A stretch of DNA of 64,000 bases from Octopus sinensis (taxonomy: Eukaryota). Below are positions 54,560 to 64,000 of the stretch, one piece after another. Below the pieces are notes generated by a model. It was not told the origin of the DNA and did no database searches. It was given only the letters and a program-made list of their open reading frames with translations. Numbering within the stretch: position 1 is the first letter of the stretch; the number at the start of each line of letters is the position of its first letter. A program made the position numbers and the translations under genes. The stretch covers positions 16,244,001 through 16,308,000 of the forward strand of contig NC_043021.1 in NCBI RefSeq assembly GCF_006345805.1, written 5' to 3'.

Positions 54560-55692
54560 TGAATTCAGATTCTCTCCACAGTTAAAGATCAGCACTTCTT
54601 TACACAATTGTCCTCATCCATATACATCTCATGACCATACCAGCAGTCGTCTCTCTTGCGCACTACATCTGATTCCTCTTACGCCTAACTTCCCTCTCAA
54701 GATGCTTACACTGTCAAACATGCACACTGACGTTGCACATCTAGTGAAACATATTTTCTTCATTTCTTTCAAGCCTACACATGTCTGCAGCTGTCATAGC
54801 CCATGTTTCACAGCCATGCAGCATGGCTGTTTGCACACAGGCATCAGACAATTTGCCTTTTACTCTGAGGCTTACCAGCAGGGGTAGGAGCTCTCTGAAC
54901 TTTGTCCAGTCTAATCTTATTCTCACAGCTACGCTCTCGGAACATCCACCTCCACTACTAACTTGGTCACCTAGATAATGGAAGCTATCTACTACCTCTA
55001 GCTTAACCCCTGGCACATGGGATGAGATGATGAAGCATAGTCTCCGAACTTCGAGCCTCACAGAGGCAATGACTAGTGACCGATACCTTTGGCGATGTGC
55101 TATGTTTGAGAGGACCCATCAAGCCAAGTGCAGCCATGCTGGTGGCAAGTAAAGATCTTTTGAATGTTGGGCCTCAGGGAGGCAAAGTGGTTGAGTTCCT
55201 CTTGAGTGTTGGGCCTGACAGAAGCAAAGTGGTTGAGTTCCGTTTGAGTGTTGGGCCTCATAAGGGCAAGGTGTCTGGGTTCCATTTGAGTGTTAGGCCT
55301 CACAGAGGCAATAAGCAAGACCTTGGCATTATGTTGTCCTTGAGAAGAAGACCCATCAAGCAGAGCAGAATCACAGTCATGGCAGATACCGGTTGTCATG
55401 CAAGTTGGTCACCCCTGCCAGTGGCATGTAAACGCACCCTGGTGTCACATAAATGGCACCTGTGTTGATGGCATATAAATGCACCCCAGTGTCACACAAA
55501 TGGCACCCATGTCGGTGACCTGTAAAAGCACCCTTTACACTGTCGGAGCGGTTGTCATTAAGAAGGGCACCCAGCCATAGAAAACCATGTCAAATCAGAC
55601 TGGAGTCTGGTGCAGCCTTCCAGTGTGCCAGCCCAGTCAAACCATCCAACCCATGCCAGCATGGATAACGGACATTAAATGATGATGATGAT
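54560..55692. mobile_element. RTE-clade LINE 3' portion with inverted 5' segment (minus 54560-55005, plus 55010-55692)
   Basis: Minus ORF LEVVDSFHYLGDQVSSGGGC...MLHGCETW is RTE RT C-terminal sequence. The plus part gives the end of the ORF, a 3' UTR with ~41-bp repeats and a (GAT)n tail. Confidence 0.8.
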
Positions 55693-55694
55693 TA

Positions 55695-56127
55695 TGTAGA
55701 GGTAGACCCAGGAAGACATGGGATGAGATGGTCAAGCATGACCTTCGTACATTGGGCCTCACAGAAGCATATCTCTGGAGATATGCTGTGACTGAAGACC
55801 CGACAAATGAAGTGAGTTTGTGACTCGCAGGACAACCTGCTGTGCTAACCTTGGATCATAGAGTGACCCGCTGTGCTTGAGGAGACCTATTGAGTCAAGT
55901 ACATCAAAATAGAAATCAAATGGAAATTGTAGTTATGATACCTGTGCTGGTGGCACGTAAAGCATCCACTACACTCACGGAGTGGTTGGTGTTAGGAAGG
56001 GCATCCAGCCGTAGAAACATTGCCAGATCAGACTGGAGCCTGGCACAGCCTCCTGGCTTCCCAGACCCCGGTCGAACCGTCCAACCCATGCTAGCATGGA
56101 AAACGGACATTAAACGATGATGATGAT
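55695..56127 (+). mobile_element. Second RTE 3'-end fragment with (GAT)n tail
   Basis: RGRPRKTW-like codons, then the same GGAAGGGCATCCAGC...CCATGCTAGCATGG...GATGATGAT tail. Short tail-only copies also at ~5280-5435, 17570-17900, 58455-58680, 61025-61210 and 61440-61630. Confidence 0.75.
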
Positions 56128-58765
56128 ATATTCTTTTTTCTTGTGGCCTTTTTTTAAGGTCATAGAAAAATCTGCCTCAGTAAGCTCTGTGCAGCCCCTA
56201 CAAGCATGGACAAGTGGTTACTAAAACAATGGTGATGAGGATTAGAGAGACATCTTCTCAGACCTTACTGGTCTTGTGCTCCTCCACCCAGGGAAGCCTG
56301 ACTCAAACAATTTTCTTCTTCTTTTGTCACCCATATTGTACCCAATTCTCAAGGTCCTGTACTAAACATTTTGTCCAGTTTGTCCGCTTCAGAAGCAACA
56401 AATATGGAGAGAGGTGATTGATACCAGTAACTAACTGGTACTTATTTTAATAACCTCTGTAAGAAAGCACTAGGCTGGGAAGCCAGGAGGCTGCACCAGG
56501 CTCCAGTCTGATCTGGCAGTGTTTCTACAGCTGGATGCCCTTCCTAACGCCAACCACTCCGTGAGTGTAGTAGATGCTTTACGTGCCACCAGCATAGGTA
56601 TCATAACCACAATTTCCATTTGATTTTGATTTTTATTGGACAAAATGCTCTGCAGCATTTGTTTCAGTTCTGTATGTTGTCAGTTCACATAGTGTTGAGA
56701 TCAAACTGGCTTTTCATCTTCCGAGGTTTATTCAAGGTCTTACATTCTGAGGTCAGACAGGTATGGCAAACTTGTTTCTTACTGGCTGATAAGATGGTGT
56801 TGTGTCGAAATATGCATGAAAGAAAACAGCGAGAAACCACTTTAAATTCTCCCACAACAAACATACAACTGTTTGTTGACCTGTTTGTAAAAACAATATA
56901 AAAGATGAAAGACTTAACGAGATTTAGTCTGGAGCAGTTTATGTGAAACGTCTTTGCAGAAAAAAAAAAAAAGGAAAATTTAAAATTTATAACGGTTGGA
57001 AACAGGTATGTTTGTGTGGTTAAGATGTTCATTTCCCAATCTTTTGATTTTGGGCCTCACTGTGTGGCACCCCTTAGGGCAAGTGTCTAATTGGTCCCTG
57101 GCTGATTAAAGCCCTGTGAAAGAATTTGGTTGGCATGTGAATGTGTGTGTGTACATATGAATATGCATATATATATATATATATATATGTGTGTATGTAT
57201 ATATATGTGTGTGTATGAACATGTATATGTGTGTTTTTATATGTCTGTGTGTATATGTATTTGTATGTGTGTGTTTGCAGTAATTCCTCGCCATATTGTG
57301 GTTCACCTATCACACCCTCAGTACATTGTGCATTTTTCTGGCTAATGCATGTGAATTTATATTGCACACTCCTCTGTATATATCTTGGGTTTCTGCGGCT
57401 GATAGGTATTTATATTTTTTTTTAGATTTCAATTATTTCTGTGGTGAAATAAGCATTTTCATGCCTAAAAATTCATAAATTGGTAAACAGAAATATAGTA
57501 CAGTACTGCACTGTATAACACTTTAATTAAAATATATTAAAAGAAAATATGTAGTGTACCGTGGATGGGTAAACAAAGAATTGCACATACTGTATGGAAA
57601 ATGAAGCTTGGGAGGCGAGTGTGGGGTGTTGTTTTGCATTTGTAAAATTGTGAATTTATTTTAAGCCCTACAATGTCAACCAAACGTTCTGCACCTTCTA
57701 AAAATAAACAGTACGATACTGTTTCTACTTTGCAGATTTTCACCTATTGGCAGGAGTGGTGGTGGAACCTAACACCCACGATAGTCGAGGAATTATTGTG
57801 TGTGTATGTGTGTGTGTGTATATATATGAATAAAATATAAATGAGCAACAGAGAGGTACAGGCAGACTATACCAAAAATGAGTTCAATTGGTAGTTTTAC
57901 TTAACAAGCAATAGTAATTTTTCCTGTGTCCATTTTTCTGGATGCTATGCATTAATGGGTTATGGGTGTTGTTAAAATTAAAAAAAACAACAGAAGACGA
58001 AGACAGGTGGAAGAACAACAAGAAGGTGTATAAGTTTAATGCTTGGGAGAAAGGGCATAAAGGGTAGGCATGTATATGTAGTGCTCAACTATTTGCACGC
58101 TAACTTCTGTTGATTGGGCCAACTGGAACCCTCATTGTTGTAACCAACAGGGGTGCCAGCTCGAACATGATGTCCCATAGCTCAGCAGTTTCAGTGGTTT
58201 CAACATGTAAGAACTACTGGAAGAAAAATACCTTACTTAACAAAAGAAACATAACAAGGATTGGCAACAGGAAAGGCATCAGGCTGTAGAACAGGGCTTG
58301 GTTAAGAAACAGTAAGTACCAGTAGAGCATTGGGGTTGATGTGAACAACCTGCCCCTCCCAAAATTGGTGGCCTTGTGCCACATTTTGAACTTGAGATGT
58401 ATGTGTTTGAAAGAGAGAATGTGCTTAATTAACTCTTGTAAACTTACCTTAGATCGTCATCATCATCATCGTTTAACGTCCGCTTTCCATGCTAGCATCG
58501 GTTGGACGATTTGACTGAGGTATGGCGAACCAGATGGCTGCACCAGACTCCAATCTTGATCTGGCAGAGTTTCTACAGCTGGATACCCTTCCTAATGCCA
58601 ACCACTTGAAGAGTGTAGTGGGTACTTTTACGTGCCACCGGCAGAAGGGCCAGTCAGGTGGTACTGGCAATGGCCACAAAGACATCTTTTTTTTTTATGT
58701 TTTCAAGATAATGAAATTAAATAATTAAGTCATTGTATTTTACATTTTCTCATTATCTTCTCCAG

Positions 58766-58839
58766 TATTTAAACAATCACAGTTCCTTGAAAAGCTTCAG
58801 CATTGGTACAATGGCTCGAGAGTTGCAGACAATGTACGG
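58766..58839 (+). CDS. NVL: NVL coding exon 2 (YLNNHSSLKSFSIGTMARELQTMY-G)
   Basis: Acceptor TCTTCTCCAG|, donor GG|GTAAGT; 74 nt, phase 0 to 2, compatible with both neighbouring exons. Resembles the NVL segment YL...IGVLASDLQRVY. Confidence 0.85.
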
Positions 58840-59007
58840 GTAAGTTTGGTATATTTTTGTCTATTCCATATGGCGGTGTGGTTGAGAAATTTGCATTCCC
58901 AAAAACATGTTTGCTAGTTCAGTCCCACTATGTTGTACCCTGGGTAAATGTCTTCTAACATAGCCCCGTGTGTTGATTTTGTAGATGGAAACCAAAAGAA
59001 AACTAAG

Positions 59008-59042
<35 letters not shown>

Positions 59043-59215
59043 CAGGCGTGGTTGTGTGGTAAGAAGCTTGCTTCCCAACCACATGGTTCAGGGTTCAGTC
59101 CTACTGCATGGCACTTTGGGCAAATGTCTTCTACTATAGCCTTGGGTCAGCCAAAGCCCTGTGAGTGGATTTGGTAGATGGAAACTGAAAGAAGCTCATT
59201 GTATATTTATATGTA

Positions 59216-59249
<34 letters not shown>

Positions 59250-59642
59250 CTATATATATATTTATAAAAAAATATATATAAAAATACAAAATGGAACAAG
59301 AACGCAAAACATTCAAATAGACGACACGAAAAAAAATCGGACGGTTCATTCGAAGCCTCTAATATTCAGTCAAGAACCGGATCATCCTCGCAATTTCGGA
59401 TGTATATATCGATGTGTGTGATTTTGTATCTATGTTTGTCCCACTATCACTGCTTAACAACTGGTGTTGGTGTGTTTACGTCCCCGTAAATTACCGGTTC
59501 AGAAAAAGAGACCAATAGAGTAAGTACTAGGCTTACAAAGAATAAGTTTTGGGGTTGATTTGTTTGACTAAAACCCGTCAAGACGGTGCTCCAGCATGGC
59601 CATGGCCACAGTCAAATGACCAAAACAAGTAAGAGAAGTATA

Positions 59643-59682
<40 letters not shown>

Positions 59683-60969
59683 TATATATAGATGGGTAGA
59701 TAAATAGACTCTCTCATCGTTAGACAATGGATGAGGGTTTGACAATTTCTTACCAAACAACCACACAGATGATTTGTTTATAGTGATCAGATGTTTGTGT
59801 AGACATAGCTCACTCTCTCCATCGAATTAACATTACAGTGATCCCTCGTTTATCGCGGTAGATTGGTTCCGAGACCGGCCGCGATAACTGAATTTCCGCA
59901 AAGTAGGGACACCATATTTACAGTCTTCTACTATAGCCTCAGGCCGACCAAAGCCTTGTGTGTGGATTTGATAGATGGAAACTGAAAGAAACCTGTCATA
60001 TATATGTATATGTGTCTGTTTGTCACCCCAACATCGCTTGACAACTGATGCTGGTGTGTTTACATCCCCGTAACTTAGCGGTTCGGCAAAAGAGACCGAT
60101 AGAATAAGTACTAGGCTTACAAAGAATAAGTCCTGGGGTCAGTTTGCTTGACTAAAGGCAGTGCTCCAGCATGGCCACTGAAACAAGTAAAAGAGTATTG
60201 TTTAATGTCTGCTTTCCATGCTGGCATGGGTTGGATGGTTTGACAAGACGGCGAGCTGGCAGAAATGCGTAGCCGTATTTCGTCTGCCGCTACGTTCTGA
60301 GTTCAAATTCTGCCGAGGTTGACTTTGCCTTTCATCCTTTCAGGGTCGATTAAATAAGTACCAGTTATGCACTGGGGTTGATATAATTGACTTAATCTGT
60401 TTGTCTGTCCTTGTTTAGCCCCTTGTGGTTAGTAAAGAAATAGGTTTGACATGGAGCTGGCTAGCTGGGAGTTGTCCAGACTCCAATCTGTCTATTGTGG
60501 CATGGTTTCTATGGCTTGATGCCCTTCCTAATGTCAACCACTTAACAGAGTGTGCTGGGTAAGTTTTATATGCTACTGGCATGTACACACATACACACAC
60601 GTGTGTGTGTGTGGTGAGGTGCACCCTTATTTTCACATCACATGAAGGTTGTAAACAAGCATCACTGTCAAACAAGCGATGTTGTTTATTTCCAGTACTT
60701 TGCATAAAAACATGTCTGATCAAGGGAAAATTTTATCTTAGCTGGAAACAGGGAGGGCATCTGGTTGTTGAAAATCTGCCTCAACAAAATCAATTTGACC
60801 CGTGTAAACTTGGAAGAGTGAACATTAAATGATGAGAATGTATTCTGGTTGAAGCTGAACAAGCAAACATCATCATTATTTGGAGAATATTGCTAGCTGG
60901 GGCAGAAACAGAAATAAATAAATCAACGGTGACTGTCTTTTCATCATTATTTCCTCTTCTTTTTTGTAG

Positions 60970-61019
60970 AGATTATGCCAGAAAGAAACGGATAGCTTTT
61001 TTGAAATCTGTAGAGAAAG
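60970..61019 (+). CDS. NVL: NVL coding exon 3 (DYARKKRIAFLKSVEK)
   Basis: Acceptor TTTTTGTAG|, donor AAAG|GTAAGT; 50 nt, phase 2 to 1. Resembles the NVL nucleolin-binding/nucleolar motif DYGRRKRNAFRIQVEK. Confidence 0.88.
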
Positions 61020-61685
61020 GTAAGTTATCATCATCATCATCGTTTAACGTCCGTTCTCCATGCTAGCATGGGTTGGACAGTTCGACAGGGGATCTGGGAA
61101 GCCAGAAGGCTGCACCAGGCTCCGGTCTTATCTGGCAATGTTTCTACAGCTGGATGCCCTTCCTAACGCCAACCACTCTGTGAGTGTAGTGGGTGCTTTT
61201 TACGTGCCCATATAAAAACCTTTGTAAGGCCCAGACCATTATATTAGATATCTGCATCATATTGAGACCAGTGAATGTATTGTTTGTTTGTTTGTTGCTA
61301 AGTCTGGCTATAAGGGTGGGAAGTTCATTTCTCCACTAACTGCATAACTTCTGCTTTGATCCTACTACACAGCGCATCAGGCAAGTATTTTCTGTTATAG
61401 CCTTGGATGCCTTCAAGGGAATTTGATTTGCAAGAAGCCCATCATCATCGTTTAACGTCTGCTTTCCATGCTAGCATGGGTTGGACGAATGACTGAGGGC
61501 TGGCGAACCAGATGGCTGCACCAGGCTTCAATCTTGATCTGGCAGAGTTTCTACAGCTGGATGCCCTTCCTAACGCCAACCACTCCGAGAGTGTAGTGGG
61601 TGCTTTTACATGCCACCAGCACGGGGCCAGTCATATATACATGTATATACGTGTATATCTTTGCGTGCATGCATAAGTACACTTA

Positions 61686-62030
61686 CTGGGTGGTATCAAA
61701 AATTTCCCAGACTAGTTCCGTAGCGCACCAACAGATGGCAGCACACAGTGACCTTCATGAGGCTGTGTGCCAAGTAATGTCATTGTTTAATTCGCAGGTT
61801 GTGAAATTTGTGTTTTTGTGATCACGTGTATGCTGTGGTCTATGATTTTGTCATGGAACAGGAAGTCGGAACAAAGATCCAAAGCGAAATTTTGCGTTAA
61901 ACTTGGGAAGTCTGCTACAGACACATTGAGCATGCTTTGGCAAGCTTATGGCGATGAGGCAATGGGTCGTACGCGATGATTCAAGTGGCACTTCAAAAGC
62001 AGAAGAGCATCCTTGGAAGACAGTGAGCGT
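61686..62030 (+). mobile_element. Mariner 5' end with N-terminal HTH relic
   Basis: TA plus TIR-like start, then [37 protein letters not shown]. Confidence 0.75.
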
Positions 62031-62092
62031 CAGCCCTGGAAATGTGGTATTGTGCATTGAGAATTTGTCCTCCAGGGCCACACTCTCTTTAT

Positions 62093-62474
62093 TCTTTTAC
62101 TTGTTTCAGTCATTTGACTGCGGCCATGCTGGAGCACCGCCTTTAGTCGAGCAAATCGACCCCGGGACTTATTCTTTGTAAGACCAGTACTTATTCTATC
62201 AGTCTCTTTTGCCGAACCGCTAAGTGACGGGAACATAAACACACCAGCATCGGTTGTCAAGCAATGCTAGGGGGACAAACACACACGCACATAATATATA
62301 TACATATATACGACGGGCTTCTTTCAGTTTCCGTCTACCAAATCCACTCACAGGGCTTTGGTCGGCCCGAGGCTATAGCAGAAGACACTTGCCCAAGGTG
62401 CCACGCAGTGGGACTGAACCCGGAACCATGTGGTTGGTAAGCAAGCTACTTACCACACAGCCACTCCTGCGCCT
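62093..62474 (-). mobile_element. tRNA-derived SINE family 1, full-length copy (others at ~11527-11922 +, 13323-13758 -, 18376-18742 +, 34580-34925 -, 36840-37212 -, 51240-52050 +, 59040-59640 +, 59920-60195 +)
   Basis: A/B-box head (TGGCTGTGTGG...GGTTCAGTCCC), CCTTGGGCAAGTG core, central microsatellite and conserved 3' tail ...CAGTCAAATGACTGAAAC; more than 10 copies in the window. Confidence 0.88.
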
Positions 62475-62525
62475 ATATCAACTGTCAATCAAGAAATGTT
62501 AATTTATGTCCTAAACACCAGCGTA

Positions 62526-62746
62526 ACCCTTTAGCATTCAGATTATTGTGTCAAATGTAATGCTTATTTATTCACATCATTTTAAATTCATCATACATGA
62601 TTTCGTAGGGTCAAGATTTCAATGATATGGTTCTTATTAGAATGACATTGTAGGTTAGATAAAAGGGGCCATGTCTACTTGGTTTAAACATGAAACAGGT
62701 GCAATATATGGGCATGGTAAAGCCAGTTTAAATGCTAAAGGGTTAA
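62526..62746. mobile_element. Second TTAA-type MITE family (another copy at ~38980-39183)
   Basis: TAACCCTTTAGCATT ... AATGCTAAAGGGTTAA termini; internal sequence shared with the 38980-39183 copy. Confidence 0.7.
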
Positions 62747-62809
62747 CCTCTTAACATACACATTTTTTTTCAATTTCCATGTAAAAATATCATATTTTTT
62801 TATTATTTA

Positions 62810-63202
62810 CTAGCAGTATCGCCCGGCGTTGCTCGGGTTTGTAAGGGAAATAACTATATAAGCATTTTTAGAGATGTAAAGTATAATAGCCATCTCAATA
62901 TGGCTAATCACAAAGGGGGGTCTTACTGTAGCTTTTTACGTTCTGAGATTTAATAATAAATTTTTAGAGAGTTACTTCCCTTATATATGCCAAAAATGCA
63001 TTAAAAATGGGAAAAATTGATGGTAAATTTTTTTAAAATCGTAGACTCATCGTAGACGCGTGCTAATACCCAGAAGGGCTTGATATGAATCACAACTATA
63101 AGATACCCGGTTTTGGTTAAACTGCACTGCAAAATGTGGGAGTAGTTAGGAATCTAAATCGTAGGAGACAGACAGTACACAACCTCACTTTTATATATAA
63201 AG
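62810..63202 (-). mobile_element. Non-autonomous Helitron
   Basis: The minus-strand 3' end has the hairpin CCCGAGC-AAC-GCCGGG, then CTAG followed by T; the 5' end CTTTATATATAAAAG has a degenerate TC. Confidence 0.7.
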
Positions 63203-63216
63203 CTTTTGAATCTGTA

Positions 63217-63414
63217 TACAGTAATCCCTTGGCTATCATTGGTGTTAAATTCTAAAACCCCATGCGATAGGTGAAAATCCGCGAAGTAGAAACAATATTG
63301 TATTTTTTTTTTATTATTATTTTTATAATTTGTATAGATTTATTTTATTATAAATGCAAAACAACACCACGGCAGAATCGATGAAAGCTTAAATGATAAA
63401 CCACGATACAGCGA
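63217..63414 (+). mobile_element. pogo/Tigger-like MITE interrupted by the LINE at ~63415 (related end at ~59836-59920)
   Basis: TA-CAGTAATCCCT / TA-CAGTGATCCCTCG termini are typical of Tigger-like TIRs. Confidence 0.55.
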
Positions 63415-63960
63415 ACCCCTATCTTGCTCAGAACATTGACCTCCTGGAATCTGTTCAGAGACGTGCAACCAAACGCATACCCTCCATCAGACACCTACCA
63501 TACTCTGAGCGCCTTGCTTCCCTGGGCATGGATTCACTGAAGCTCCGGCGTCTGGCGATGGACTTGGTAAACACCCACAAAGTTATCAACCACCTCACCA
63601 ACAACAACACTGAACACCTTTTTGATCTCCATGTGTCCAACACACATGGACATGCCTACAAAGTCAGAAAACAACACAGCTCCCATGACTTTCGGAAACA
63701 TTTTTTCACGCTCAGAGTTGCTGAAGCATGGAACAAACTGCCTGCGTCAGTTGTTGACTGCCATGACACTGCATCCTATAAGGCCCTCATGCTTTCCGAA
63801 ATCCGCCAAAACTACACCTGATTGTCCCCCTTCTATACTCATACACATATGTGTATGTCATGACTCTTTTACTGTTCTTTTCCTGACGCTTGTACATTAC
63901 CCTATGTACTATACATACACTTTAGATGAGTTGTAGTGCACCTGAGCACTGTACACAATG

Positions 63961-64000
<40 letters not shown>
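63415..64000 (+). mobile_element. 3' end of a CR1/L2-type LINE with (TTA)n tail
   Basis: ORF with LLESVQRRATKRIP, YSERL, LKLRRL and FFTLRVAEAWNKLP; 3' UTR ends in a TTA microsatellite. Confidence 0.88.

Overview
Eukaryotic, AT-rich, microsatellite-laden animal DNA; the SINE families and repeat landscape suggest an octopus (inference). Two divergently transcribed spliced genes are visible. On the minus strand is a carboxypeptidase D-like M14B gene, with a large first coding exon (40387-39409), a ~26 kb intron and a 143-nt exon (13264-13122); further exons probably lie beyond the window start. On the plus strand is NVL (nuclear VCP-like AAA-ATPase), with three small N-terminal exons that the ORF track misses (52212-52292, 58766-58839, 60970-61019). 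The rest is mostly repeats: three tRNA-type SINE families, an inverted triplet of one CR1/Jockey-group LINE, RTE and CR1/L2 fragments, Tc1/mariner relics, TTAA-flanked piggyBac-type MITEs (four in tandem), a non-autonomous Helitron, minisatellites and microsatellites. Most ORF-track entries are repeat artefacts. Main leads: (1) the signal-peptide-bearing CPD-like domain keeps its zinc ligands but has Tyr in place of the catalytic Glu, so it is a predicted pseudo-peptidase; (2) the LINE and the dominant SINE share a 3' tail with a covarying stem-loop; (3) long near-perfect palindromes adjoin (TA)n tracts; (4) an RTE copy has twin-priming-like 5' inversion; (5) a small dispersed family carries hammerhead-core-like boxes. 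Repeat boundaries are read by eye and are approximate.
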